From Gammaproteobacteria bacterium (lineage in GTDB: Bacteria > Pseudomonadota > Gammaproteobacteria > UBA5335 > SLRW01), in the NCBI GenBank assembly GCA_035638695.1, contig DASQZM010000021.1, forward strand, positions 128,888 to 192,887: a stretch of 64,000 bases of DNA, read 5' to 3'. Both the position numbers and the translations under genes were made by a program. Of this stretch, positions 44,101 to 53,566 are shown piece by piece (positions within the stretch are counted from its first letter, which is position 1; the number at the start of each line of letters is the position of its first letter). The notes under the pieces were generated by a model that saw only the letters and a list, made by a program, of their open reading frames with translations, searched no databases and had not been told where the DNA came from.

Positions 44101-44829
44101 CTATGCCAGCATCAGCTCCCGCAGCGTCGCCGCATCGTGCACCGCGTGGCCTTCGGCGTCGTTGTTGAAGTAGGCGTAGACATCGTGCCCCTGCGCCCGC
44201 CACTGGTTCAGCCGGCGCGCGTCCCCGGCGAGCTGTTCCCGGGAATAGCCGCCCGCATAGTGATCGCCGTGATAGCGAACGTAGGTCCACGAGGCGGTGA
44301 GGCGCCACGGATGGTCCGGCAACATGTCGTGCAGGCACAGGGCGGCCCCGTGCTCGGCGAGCACGGCGTAGACCTCCTCACGCAGCCAGCCGGGATCGCG
44401 CAGCTCGACCGCCCACCTGAGGTCCCGCGGAGCGGCCTGCAGGAAGGCGTCCAGGCGTTGCGGCCTGGGCTTCCAGCGGGGCGGCAGCTGGACGAGGATC
44501 GGCCCGAGGTGCTCGCCCAGCTCGCGTACCGGCTCCAGGAATCTCTGCAACAGACTTTCCGGCTCGCGCAGCCGCTTGACGTGGCTGCCGTAGCGGCTGA
44601 ACTTGACCGCGTAGAGGAAACCGTCCGGCGCCGCCTCGCGCCAGTGCGCCGCCGTCGCCGGCTTCGGCAGGCCGTAGAAGGTGTTGTTGAGCTCGACCGT
44701 GTCGAAGCGTTCCGCGTAATAGTCGAACCAGCGGCTGCGGGGCAGGTCGTCGGGGTAGAAGGTGCCGCGCCAGTGGTCGTACTGGTAGCCGGAAGTCCCG
44801 ATGCGAAGAGTTCCCGTGGTTTGCGCCAT
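44101..44829 (-). CDS. DUF72 (YecE-like) protein
   Basis: IGTSGYQYDHW.G.FYP, VELNNTFY, LVQLPP and YAYFNND patterns. Confidence 0.8.
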   Translation of the reverse strand: MAQTTGTLRIGTSGYQYDHWRGTFYPDDLPRSRWFDYYAERFDTVELNNTFYGLPKPATAAHWREAAPDGFLYAVKFSRYGSHVKRLREPESLLQRFLEPVRELGEHLGPILVQLPPRWKPRPQRLDAFLQAAPRDLRWAVELRDPGWLREEVYAVLAEHGAALCLHDMLPDHPWRLTASWTYVRYHGDHYAGGYSREQLAGDARRLNQWRAQGHDVYAYFNNDAEGHAVHDAATLRELMLA

Positions 44830-44882
44830 GGTGTGGCCTCCCGCCTTGAGCGCCGGGCGGGCCGGAACCGCCCCGGGGAACG

Positions 44883-45167
44883 TCAGGCCTCGCCCAGACC
44901 GACCGAGAACATGCTCTCCAGGTCGTGACGCGAGTACGCCCGGAACGCGAGCAGCGTTTCCGATCCGGTGATGCCGTCGAGCTTGAGCATGTGCCGCGTC
45001 ACCAGGTCGGCCAGCTCACCGTTGGTGCCGACGCGGATGATGGCGATGATGTCGTAGCGGCCGCTCACCGAGTAGGCCTCCGAGATGCCTTGCATCTCCG
45101 CCAGCTGCTCCGCCACATCATTGACCTTATGGCGGTCCACGTTGAGCAGGACGATCGCGGTGACCAT
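44883..45167 (-). CDS. Stand-alone Lrp/AsnC ligand-binding (RAM) domain protein
   Basis: MVTAIVLLNV....V...L....GI.EAYSVSGRYDIIAIIRV is the typical RAM fold. It has an AAGGAG SD. The track ORF to 45284 is an over-extension. Confidence 0.75.
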   Translation of the reverse strand: MVTAIVLLNVDRHKVNDVAEQLAEMQGISEAYSVSGRYDIIAIIRVGTNGELADLVTRHMLKLDGITGSETLLAFRAYSRHDLESMFSVGLGEA

Positions 45168-45346
45168 GGGCAGGGCTCCTTGTACCCGTTCGCCGGGAAC
45201 TGCAATCTTACTAGCTAACCGGGCCGGAGGTAATGCCGCATCCCGGCGCGGGCGCCTTCGGTGCCGCGCGCGGGGTTTGATCACGGTCAGCGCGCCTGCG
45301 CGGTGGCGTAGGCATACTTTGCGTGGCTGGTCGCGGGAGACGGCGC

Positions 45347-46993
45347 ATGAACGCCCTGATGACGGCGGGCAGGGTGGTGGGCGGCCTCGGCCTGTTCCTG
45401 CTCGCCATGAGCATGATTACCGAGGGTCTCAAGACCGCCGGTGCGGCCCAGCTGCGGCAGATCCTGGTGGGTGCCAGCCGCAGTCGTGCGCGTGGCATCG
45501 CCAGCGGGTTCGTGATTACCGCGGTGGTCCAGTCATCGAGCGCCGTCACGGTCGCGGTGATCGGCTTCGTCAACGCAGGCCTGATGACCCTGTACCAGTC
45601 CCTGGGCGTGCTGGTCGGGGCCAATGTTGGCACGACCATGACGAGCTGGCTGGTGGCCGCCGTGGGCTTCGAGGTGCCCCTGGAGAGCTTCGCGCTGCCG
45701 CTGGTGGGGCTGGGCATGCTGCTGCGCCTCGCGCGGCCGGGACGCCGCCTGGGATCGCTCGGCCTGGCGCTGGCGGGCTTCGGGCTGTTCTTCGTCGGGC
45801 TGGCGGTGCTGCGCGAAAGCCTGGGAGCCTTGGCCGGCAGCGTGCAGCCGATCCTGACCCTGGGATCGAGCGGCTGGCGCGTGCTCGGCTTCGTGCTGGC
45901 CGGGACCGCGTTCACCCTCGTGACCCAGTCCTCCAGTGCCGCGATTGCCCTGATCCTGAGCGCCGCGGGGGGCGGCGCGCTGGGACTGCCCGCGGCGGCC
46001 GCGATGGTGATCGGGGCCAACGTGGGCACCACCTCGACCGCGGTGATGGCCACGCTCGGCGCCACCCCGAACGCCCGGCGCGTGGCCGCCGGCCACGTGG
46101 TGTTCAACGTCCTCACGGCCGTGATCGCGCTCGCGATGCTGCCGCTGCTGCTGTGGCTGGTCGCCGGGGTCGGGCGCTTGCTGGGTCTGCCGGGGTCCGC
46201 GCCGGTGATCCTGGCGCTGTTCCACACCACCTTCAACCTGCTGGGGCTGGGGCTCGTCTGGCCATTGCTGCCGCGCCTGGCCAGCTTCCTGCAGCGCCGC
46301 TTCGTCACGGCGGAGGAGGACGAGGCTCGGCCGCGCTACCTGGACCGCACCGCCGCGGCGACACCGGGGCTCGGCAGCAGCGCGGTGGTGATGGAGCTGG
46401 GGCATCTGGGCGAGCTCGCGCGTTCGGCGGGGCGGCTGGCCCTGGCGACGGGTCCGCTGCATCTGCGAGAGATACGCGCGTGCGCCGCCTCCGCGATGTC
46501 GCTGGCCACCGCCGTGACGGAGTTCGTACCGCGGTACGCGGAGGGCGGGCCGGGCGCCGGGGGCCGCAGCTGGGCGCCACTGATGCTGCGTACGGCGCGC
46601 TATTTCAGCGAGGCCGCGGCGGCAGCCGGCTCGCTCGCGCGGGACCCGGAAGGCCGTGACCGCCACCCCGCGCCGGCGGTGGCGGAACTGGCGGCCGCCG
46701 CGGCCGCCGTGCTGGAACGGGCCGCGGGGGATGCAGCGGACTTCTCGCCGGAAGCCTGCAACGCCGCGCTGGCCGCGATCGAGCCCGCCTACCAGGAGGC
46801 CAAGGCGGCGCTGCTCAAGGCGGGTGCGGACGGCAGGCTGGACCTAGCGGCAATGGTGGCCGAGCTGGACCGCATCGGCCGCGTGCGGCGACTGGCCCAG
46901 CAGGCGACCAAGGGCGCCCACCAGCTGCACCGGCTGCGCGCGGCCCTGCTGCCGGCTGCCGGCTCCATGCCGGCGGAGCCCGCGAAGGCGTGA
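45347..46993 (+). CDS. Na+/phosphate cotransporter family protein with PhoU-like C-terminal region
   Basis: Two Na_Pi_cotrans repeats with QSSSA motifs (VVQSSSAVTV, VTQSSSAAIAL) and GANVGTT twice. ATG 45347 has a GGGAGA SD. Confidence 0.85.
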   Translation: MNALMTAGRVVGGLGLFLLAMSMITEGLKTAGAAQLRQILVGASRSRARGIASGFVITAVVQSSSAVTVAVIGFVNAGLMTLYQSLGVLVGANVGTTMTSWLVAAVGFEVPLESFALPLVGLGMLLRLARPGRRLGSLGLALAGFGLFFVGLAVLRESLGALAGSVQPILTLGSSGWRVLGFVLAGTAFTLVTQSSSAAIALILSAAGGGALGLPAAAAMVIGANVGTTSTAVMATLGATPNARRVAAGHVVFNVLTAVIALAMLPLLLWLVAGVGRLLGLPGSAPVILALFHTTFNLLGLGLVWPLLPRLASFLQRRFVTAEEDEARPRYLDRTAAATPGLGSSAVVMELGHLGELARSAGRLALATGPLHLREIRACAASAMSLATAVTEFVPRYAEGGPGAGGRSWAPLMLRTARYFSEAAAAAGSLARDPEGRDRHPAPAVAELAAAAAAVLERAAGDAADFSPEACNAALAAIEPAYQEAKAALLKAGADGRLDLAAMVAELDRIGRVRRLAQQATKGAHQLHRLRAALLPAAGSMPAEPAKA

Positions 46994-47019
46994 CCCTCGC
47001 CGCGCCCGTCCGGGGCGTT

Positions 47020-47052
47020 GTTGAAAAAGTCCGTCCATAGCTCTTTTTCAAC
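47020..47052. terminator. Hairpin between the convergent Na/Pi transporter and acyl-CoA dehydrogenase genes
   Basis: GTTGAAAAAG (47020-47029) pairs with CTTTTTCAAC (47043-47052) as a perfect 10-bp stem with a 13-nt loop. It could serve both strands. Confidence 0.5.
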
Positions 47053-47058
47053 AGCCCC

Positions 47059-48828
47059 CTAGAGCACGGCGACGCGCCGGATCAGGCTCAGGTAGGCGTC
47101 ATCGTAGCCGATGCCGGCGTCTGCCAGATGGTTGCGCAGGAACAGCCGCAGGCGCGCCAGCTTCGAGTCGCCACCGCCCGTCTCACGCTGGTGCAGGGCC
47201 TCGGCGAGCAGCGTCACGCCGCCCAGCAGCACCCCCATCAGCTCGACCGCATCGCGCACGATCAGTGTCTGGCGCGCAGCATCGGCGTCTCGCAGGCCGA
47301 CCAGCATGGCCGAGAGACGGTCACGTCCCCGTTCCAGGACGCTCTTCTCGGGTCCGTCTTCCAGCGCCTCCAGTCGGCGCTCCAGCCAGGCGAGGTAGAG
47401 CCGGTCCAGCTCCAGCCGGTGGACGTCGCGAAGCGTCTGCATGCGCAGCGTGTTGTGCGTGCCTTCCCAGTTCTCGAACACGATACTGTCGCGCAGCAGC
47501 CGGGGTATCGCCGAGAAGGTCTCGATCGCGCCGTTACCGGCCAGCACGTCGAGGCAGTGATGGATGTGATCGACGCCCCAGCGGGCGGAGACGTACTTGT
47601 TGACGTTCGCCAGCAGCCGCAGCAGCCGTCGCGTATCCTCGTCCGCCTCTTCCCCGGTGTCGTAGCGGTCCTGAATCCGGGTGGTGGCGAAGATGCCGGC
47701 GAGCAGGGCTCCGTGGTCAGCGCGTACGGCGGCGAGATTTTCCTGCACCAGCGGGTAGTCACCGATCACGTGCCCGAAAGCCACCCGGTGGCGGGCGTAG
47801 GCGTGGGCGATGTCGAACGCGCGCTTGATCAGGCCGCAGAAGCCCACGGTGTTGTACAGCCGCGAGAGGTGCAGGACGTTCTCCATCACCATGCGGAAGC
47901 CCTGCTCCAGGGGCCCCATGTGCCAGGCCACCGCGCCCAGGAAGTCCATCTCGCCGGAGGCCATGCTGCTAGTGCCGAGCTTTTCCTTCAGCCGGCGGAT
48001 CCGGTAGTCGTTGTGCCGGCCGTCCTCCAGGTACGCCGGAACCAGGAACAGTCCCAGGCCGCGGGTGCCCTCGCGCGTTGGGTCGTAACGGGCGGTCATC
48101 AGGATCAGGTCGGCGTTGGCGTTGGAGCAGAACCACTTTTCGCCGGTGATATGCCAGCTGCCGTCGGCGGCGCGCGCGGCCACCGTGGCGTTGCGTCCCA
48201 CGTCCGAACCGCCCTGGACCTCGGTCAGGAACTGGGCGCCGGTAAAATTCTCGGCGTAGGAGGGCGCGCTCAGGCGTCGCAGGTATTCCTCCCGCCGCGG
48301 CGGGCCCTCGACCCTCTGCAACACCCGGATCAAGCCGGCACTGCACGCGATGGGACAGTTGTGACCCGCTTCGCCGGCGTGCGTCGACAGGTAGTACAGG
48401 CGGAAGTGATCGAGCAGGCCCCCGGCGCCCAACAGGCGCTCCATCATGCCGGAGCCGTAGATGATGTCCCCGGCCTGGTCGTAAGCGGGGTGGTGCACCA
48501 CCCGGTCCACACGGCGGCCGACACCGTCCCAGGCCTCCAGGCGCGGCAGGTTCAGGCGGTAGCTGTTCTCCGCCACCAGGTCCTCCAGCTCGCCGGTGAC
48601 CCGGGCGCCGAAAGCCTCGCATTCGGCGGTCTTCGCCTGGTGGCTGTCGGGAAAGTACAGGCGCAGGCTATGGACGAAGTCCGGGTCGCCGGCGACCGGG
48701 TTGGCACGGATCGCCTGCTGCCAGGCGGCGAGCTCGTCGCGCCCCGCATCGTGTCCGGGCAGGGTGGGGCCGGCGCCGGGTTCGCGGTCATCGCCGGACC
48801 ACGGCTTATCGTTGGCTGGCTGGCTCAT
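47059..48828 (-). CDS. Acyl-CoA dehydrogenase family protein (AidB-like, long form)
   Basis: TEVQGGSDVG, WFCSNA and ENWEGT motifs over about 589 aa. ATG 48828 overlaps the merR-family stop (ATGA). Confidence 0.85.
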   Translation of the reverse strand: MSQPANDKPWSGDDREPGAGPTLPGHDAGRDELAAWQQAIRANPVAGDPDFVHSLRLYFPDSHQAKTAECEAFGARVTGELEDLVAENSYRLNLPRLEAWDGVGRRVDRVVHHPAYDQAGDIIYGSGMMERLLGAGGLLDHFRLYYLSTHAGEAGHNCPIACSAGLIRVLQRVEGPPRREEYLRRLSAPSYAENFTGAQFLTEVQGGSDVGRNATVAARAADGSWHITGEKWFCSNANADLILMTARYDPTREGTRGLGLFLVPAYLEDGRHNDYRIRRLKEKLGTSSMASGEMDFLGAVAWHMGPLEQGFRMVMENVLHLSRLYNTVGFCGLIKRAFDIAHAYARHRVAFGHVIGDYPLVQENLAAVRADHGALLAGIFATTRIQDRYDTGEEADEDTRRLLRLLANVNKYVSARWGVDHIHHCLDVLAGNGAIETFSAIPRLLRDSIVFENWEGTHNTLRMQTLRDVHRLELDRLYLAWLERRLEALEDGPEKSVLERGRDRLSAMLVGLRDADAARQTLIVRDAVELMGVLLGGVTLLAEALHQRETGGGDSKLARLRLFLRNHLADAGIGYDDAYLSLIRRVAVL

Positions 48829-49247
48829 GACGTTTCCTTCGTGTGGTTTCGGGCAAGCTCCGCGCGGCGGGTGCGCATCCGCGCGGCCAGGGCGACGAGC
48901 TCCTGCTCCAGCGCCTGGATCTCCCGGATGCGCGCGCGGATCTCGGCCAGCTTGCGCTCGCCGAAGGCCAGCGAGCGGTCGATCTGGGTCAGCTCGTCGA
49001 GGTCGGTATCCCAGAAGCCGATCATCCGGGCGATCTCGTCCAGGCTGTAGCCGAAGTGCTTGCCGCGCAGGATGAGCTTGAGCCGGGCGCGTTCGTGACG
49101 GTCGTAGAGGCGGTGGTTGCCGCGCGTGCGGCGGGGCGCCAGGAGGCCGCGCTTCTCGTAGTAGCGGATCGAAGACGCGGTGATGCCCAGCTCGGACGCG
49201 AGATCGGAGATGCTGTAGCCCTGCCCGCTGCGGTTCGCCGCATCCAC
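48825..49247 (-). CDS. MerR family transcriptional regulator
   Basis: HTH YSISDLASELGITASSIRYYEKRGLL plus a coiled-coil dimerisation helix. The start is GTG. Confidence 0.88.
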   Translation of the reverse strand: MDAANRSGQGYSISDLASELGITASSIRYYEKRGLLAPRRTRGNHRLYDRHERARLKLILRGKHFGYSLDEIARMIGFWDTDLDELTQIDRSLAFGERKLAEIRARIREIQALEQELVALAARMRTRRAELARNHTKETS

Positions 49248-49257
49248 GGATGCTGTC

Positions 49258-49287
49258 CCTTAAGTTAACGTTAGATTTAACTTTAGG
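49258..49287. promoter_or_regulatory. AT-rich imperfect palindrome CCTTAAGTTAA-N8-TTAACTTTAGG upstream of the merR-family gene, a candidate MerR-type operator/promoter
   Basis: Read directly from the sequence. The arms match at 10 of 11 positions and the site ends 11 nt upstream of the GTG start. Confidence 0.5.
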
Positions 49288-49591
49288 CGGTGCGCGCAGG
49301 CCGGTCAAGACCGGAAAACGGGCCGCGAAACCATTCTTCTCCAATTGCTGCTCATGGCCGGTCCGCCTCCCGGGGCGGGTTCCGCAGCTCGATCCAGGTG
49401 GCGCGCGCCACGCGCAGGCGCCGCCGGAGGGGGCGCGGGCGGCGGAGGGTGACCTCGGCGGGCTCGTCCAGGGCCTGCGCGGGCAGACCCGTGGCGTAGC
49501 CGCCATCGACGGAGGAGGGCGGTCCGCAGTAGCGGGGCTCGATGATCAGGCTCTGGTCCATGGCGGTCCCGGGAGCAGCCGCGGCGCGACC

Positions 49592-50500
49592 TCAGGGCCG
49601 CGGTGCCTGGCGGTCGGGCCGCGAGTGACGCCACTCGGCGAGCAGGGTGCGCAGGGTGGACACGAAGGCCAGCGGCTGGTCCAGGAAGAGGTGATGACGG
49701 GCCTCGGGGATGGCCACGAAGGGTACGCTGCTGTCCAGCACCTGGAACATGTAGTCGGCGATATCCTGCGTGAACAGGTCGCTCTGCTGCCCGTAGATCA
49801 CCGCCACCCGGCAGCGGATGCTGGACAAGGCCTCCGACTGGTTGGGGATACGGAAGTGCTTGAACAGCTGGTCATCGAACTTCCACATCCAGCCGCCTTC
49901 CACCTCCATCAGCGAATGGCGGGCGATGTAGTCGAGCACCCAGGGGTTGTCGCAGCGCTGCGGCGGCATCAGCCGGAAGCGCTCGAGAGCGGTACCCAGG
50001 TCCGGGTAGACGCGCTTGGGACGGATCGGGGAGCGCCTCGGGTCGTGCTCCCAGTCGTAGTCCGGCGGCCGCACCGGGGAGTCCACCAGCACCACTCCGC
50101 GCACGCGGTCGGCGTAGCTGATGGCGGTCTGCAGCGTGACGAACCCGCCGAAGCTGTGTCCCACGATGACCGTGTCGTCGCCGAATCCGGCGTCCGCGCA
50201 AACGCTCATCAGCTCGTTGGTGAAGGTGTCCACCGCGTAGCGCTTGCGGTGTCCGCTGTCGCCCATGCCGCCCAGGTCCAGCGCCGCGACCTGGTAGTGG
50301 TCGAGAAAGAACGGCGCGATGAAATCCCACCAGTGCGAGTGGGCACCGTTACCGTGCACCAGCAGCAGGCCGGGCTTGCCGCGGTCCCCCCAATGGCGGT
50401 AGTGGATGGGGCAGTTTTCGACGTCGATGCCGCGGTCTTCCTGCGGGGTCTCCAGGGCCCGGCGGAACCAGTCCGGGGCCGGCGGTTGGTGTTGGCTCAT
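49592..50500 (-). CDS. Alpha/beta hydrolase
   Basis: HG oxyanion motif LLLVHGNGAHS, nucleophile elbow GHSFGG, and a C-terminal His (EARHHL). Confidence 0.85.
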   Translation of the reverse strand: MSQHQPPAPDWFRRALETPQEDRGIDVENCPIHYRHWGDRGKPGLLLVHGNGAHSHWWDFIAPFFLDHYQVAALDLGGMGDSGHRKRYAVDTFTNELMSVCADAGFGDDTVIVGHSFGGFVTLQTAISYADRVRGVVLVDSPVRPPDYDWEHDPRRSPIRPKRVYPDLGTALERFRLMPPQRCDNPWVLDYIARHSLMEVEGGWMWKFDDQLFKHFRIPNQSEALSSIRCRVAVIYGQQSDLFTQDIADYMFQVLDSSVPFVAIPEARHHLFLDQPLAFVSTLRTLLAEWRHSRPDRQAPRP

Positions 50501-50640
50501 GGTCTTCCCGGTTGCATGACGGAACAATGGGCGGATTATGCCATCTGGCGCACCGCGGGTCCCGGGGTCCCGCGGCAAGCAGACACAACTGCGCCCGCAC
50601 GTGGCGGGCGCATGCACGGGCGGCTGCCTGCGGCGGCCGC

Positions 50641-51540
50641 TCACCGGGGCCGGATCGGCCGGCAGTCGTCGTCAGTCAGGAACAGCGGCCGCCGGCGGCG
50701 CGCCGCGTACGGCGCCTGCAACCGGTTGTCGATGCTGTTGTAGACGAAGAACGCATTGCTGCGCGGGAACGGCGACATGTTGGCGTTGGACCCGTGCAGC
50801 GTGTTGCAGTCGAAGAACAGCACCGGGCCGGCCGGCCCCTTGGGCGCGCGGATACCGCCGCGCTCGATCAGCTCGGCCAGGGACTCGCGGTCGGGCACGC
50901 CGATCTGCTGGTCCTTCAGCGAGCTCTTGTAGTTGTCGTCGGGCGTCGCGCCGACGCAGGGGACGAAGTACCTGTGCGAGCCCGGGACCAGCATCAGCGG
51001 GCCGTTGAACTCGTTGTTGTCGGTGAGGATGATCGAGCAGCGCACCGCGCGCATGCGGGGCATGCCGTCCTCGGCGTGCCAGGTCTCGAAGTCCGAGTGC
51101 CAGTTGAAGCCCTTGCCTTCGAAGCCCGGCTTGTAGTTGATGCGCGACTGGTGGATGTAGACGTCGCTGCCGAGTATCTGCCGGACGGGCTCGACGAACC
51201 GCCGATCGCGCCCCAGCGCGGCCAGCAGGGGGGAAATCCGGTGCACGCGGAAGATCGAGCGCACCTCGTTGCTGCGCGGCTCGCGCAGCACGCATTCCTC
51301 GTCCAGCAGCGACGGATCCTGCAACAGGCGTGTCGGCTCCTCGCGATAGTGCCGGACCTCGTCCGCGGGCAGCAGGCCTTCGTAGAACAGGAAACCGTCG
51401 CGCTCGAAGCGCTCGAGATCCTCCGCGCTGAGCGGTCCGGCGGGCGTCTCGCCCGCCGGGGCGTACACCACCGGATCGAGCCGTTCGAACATCGGGATCC
51501 TGTGCGTCGTGCGGGGTCGGATAGACGTTCCGGATCGCAT
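50641..51540 (-). CDS. ectD: Ectoine hydroxylase
   Basis: Carries the EctD signature FNWHSDFETWHAEDGMP. It is collinear with Virgibacillus EctD (HQSRINYKPGF, FNGPLMLVPGSH, LHGSN.N). ATG 51540 has a GGAGGAGG SD. Confidence 0.92.
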   Translation of the reverse strand: MRSGTSIRPRTTHRIPMFERLDPVVYAPAGETPAGPLSAEDLERFERDGFLFYEGLLPADEVRHYREEPTRLLQDPSLLDEECVLREPRSNEVRSIFRVHRISPLLAALGRDRRFVEPVRQILGSDVYIHQSRINYKPGFEGKGFNWHSDFETWHAEDGMPRMRAVRCSIILTDNNEFNGPLMLVPGSHRYFVPCVGATPDDNYKSSLKDQQIGVPDRESLAELIERGGIRAPKGPAGPVLFFDCNTLHGSNANMSPFPRSNAFFVYNSIDNRLQAPYAARRRRPLFLTDDDCRPIRPR

Positions 51541-51779
51541 CCATATCGCCTCCTCCGTAGCCTGTCCTGCTGAACATGCCGCTTCAGAGCCATCGATGTG
51601 GCATGATCCGGCCTCGCACGGGCCGGCCGTCCCGTGTAGTAGTGTCGTATTCCAGGATTTCAACCGCGGTGTGCGCGGCCCGGCCGAGCTGTGCGGCCCC
51701 GGGTCCGGGACCGCGGGGGACAGTGGTCATCCCCCCTTGCGCGACGGGGGGTACGCTTAACAGGCCGGCGCGCGGCGGG

Positions 51780-53285
51780 TCAACCGTTCGCGCGGCTCAT
51801 ATCCGGACGCCGGTCGAACCAGGGACGGGCCTGCTCGAGCTGCCCGGCCAGCCGGAACAGGGTGGCCTCGTCGGCCATCGGCGCGATGAACTGGACGCCG
51901 CAGGGCAGACCGTCTGCCGTCCAGTGCAGGGGCAACGACATCGCCGGCAGTCCGGCAAGGTTGGCAAGCTGGGTGAACGGTGTTCGGCTGAGCCCCTCGC
52001 TCGCGAGCTTGTCTACCACCCCCGAGGCGAGCAGCACTCGCCCCAGTCCCAGCGCATTGATCACCCGGGTGGCGAAGCGCTCGGCGGTGGATGGCTGCAG
52101 CTCGCCGATCCGGGCCGGCGGCTGCGCCAGGGTTGGTGTCAGGTACAGATCGTAGCTGCGGTAGAACGTCCCCATGGCACGCCCGAAGTCGTTCCAGCGC
52201 CGCTTGGCGGCAACGTAGTCGCCCGCCGACACGGTCTGGCCGAGCAGGCCGAGCGCCCGGGTGGCCGGCTCCAGTCCGCCCAGCGTCGGCCCGCGGCCTA
52301 CCCGCTCGATCAGCTCGCGGATGTCCGCGGCCACCTGCCCGAAGTACATGGTCATATAGGATTTCGCCAGCCCGGGGCCGTCCACGTCGGGGGCAGCCGG
52401 CTCGGCGCGGTGCCCGAGGTCTTCCAGCAGCTGCGCCGTCTCCTCCACCGCGCGGACGCATTCCGGGTGCACGTCGAGGCCCAGGGGCGAGGTGGTGTTG
52501 AAGCCGATGCGCAGGTGTCCGGGATCGCGCCTGACCTCTTCCAGGTAGGGCCGCTCGGGCGGGGCGACGCGGTAGGGCGCTCCGTCGTCGGGGCCCCGGA
52601 TCGCGTCCAGCATCGCCGCGCTGTCGCGCACCGTGCGGGTGAGCACGTGATCCGATGAGGCGCCGTCCCAGACCTCCGCCTGGGCCGGGCCCACGGGTAC
52701 GCGGCCACGGCTCGGACGCAGCCCGAACAGGCCGCAGCAGGCGGCCGGGATGCGGATCGAGCCGCCGCCGTCGGTGGCGGAGGCCAGCGGCACGATGCCG
52801 GCGGCGACCGCCGCAGCGGAGCCGCCGCTGCTGCCGCCGGGGGTGTACTCGGGGTTCCAGGGGTTGCGGGTGGGACCGAAGGCCTCGGGCTCGGTCACGC
52901 CCATCAGCGCGAACTCGGGCGTGTTGGTTTTGCCCAGCACGACCAGGCCGGCGGCGCGGAAGCGCCGGACGATCTCGCTGTCGTAGTCCGGCACGTAGTC
53001 CCTCAGGGCCGCGGAGCCATGGCTCATGGGTACCCCGGCCCAGGCGTGGAGGATGTCCTTGAGCAGGAAGGGGACACCGCGGAAGGGGCCGTCCTCCAGC
53101 GGCCCGGAGGCGGTCTTGCGGCCGATGTCGTACATCGGCGTCACGATGGCGTTGAGTCGTGGATTGAGCGACTCGGCGCGCCGGATCGCTTCCTCGCAGA
53201 GCTCTGCCGGTGTGACTTCTCCCCTGGCCACGAGCTCGGCGAGGCCGAGCCCGTCGTGGCGGTCATAATCATCGGGTGTGGTCAC
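51780..53285 (-). CDS. Amidase (amidase-signature family)
   Basis: Signature GGSSGGSAAAVA..DGGGSIRIPA and KD..H upstream. GTG 53285 has an AAGGGGG SD. The longest ORF starts at 53315. Confidence 0.85.
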   Translation of the reverse strand: MTTPDDYDRHDGLGLAELVARGEVTPAELCEEAIRRAESLNPRLNAIVTPMYDIGRKTASGPLEDGPFRGVPFLLKDILHAWAGVPMSHGSAALRDYVPDYDSEIVRRFRAAGLVVLGKTNTPEFALMGVTEPEAFGPTRNPWNPEYTPGGSSGGSAAAVAAGIVPLASATDGGGSIRIPAACCGLFGLRPSRGRVPVGPAQAEVWDGASSDHVLTRTVRDSAAMLDAIRGPDDGAPYRVAPPERPYLEEVRRDPGHLRIGFNTTSPLGLDVHPECVRAVEETAQLLEDLGHRAEPAAPDVDGPGLAKSYMTMYFGQVAADIRELIERVGRGPTLGGLEPATRALGLLGQTVSAGDYVAAKRRWNDFGRAMGTFYRSYDLYLTPTLAQPPARIGELQPSTAERFATRVINALGLGRVLLASGVVDKLASEGLSRTPFTQLANLAGLPAMSLPLHWTADGLPCGVQFIAPMADEATLFRLAGQLEQARPWFDRRPDMSRANG

Positions 53286-53342
53286 CTGCAACCCCCTTCT
53301 TTCCCGGATGGGCATTTGCCAGCGGGCTGCCGCCGGCCGGGA

Positions 53343-53552
53343 TCAACTCCGTTCCATGCCCAGCATCGCTTTCTTCAGCCCGGCATCGGCCGGCCGGTTG
53401 CACAGCCGGATGCCGAACAGCGCCTGCTTGAATTTCAGACCCTTGACGGGGAGCTCGAGCTTGCCGTTCCTGTACACGCGGGTGCCCTCGTCCGGCGCGG
53501 CGAACAGCACCAGCAACGCGGCCAGCAGGCTTTCGCGAACGGGCACGGGCAT
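53343..53552 (-). CDS. Small hypothetical protein (69 aa) with hydrophobic N-terminus
   Basis: Has a GGGAGG SD and GC3-rich codons. It is wedged between tesB and the amidase on the same strand. No family is recognised. Confidence 0.5.
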   Translation of the reverse strand: MPVPVRESLLAALLVLFAAPDEGTRVYRNGKLELPVKGLKFKQALFGIRLCNRPADAGLKKAMLGMERS

Positions 53553-53566
53553 GGCGACCTCCCTGT

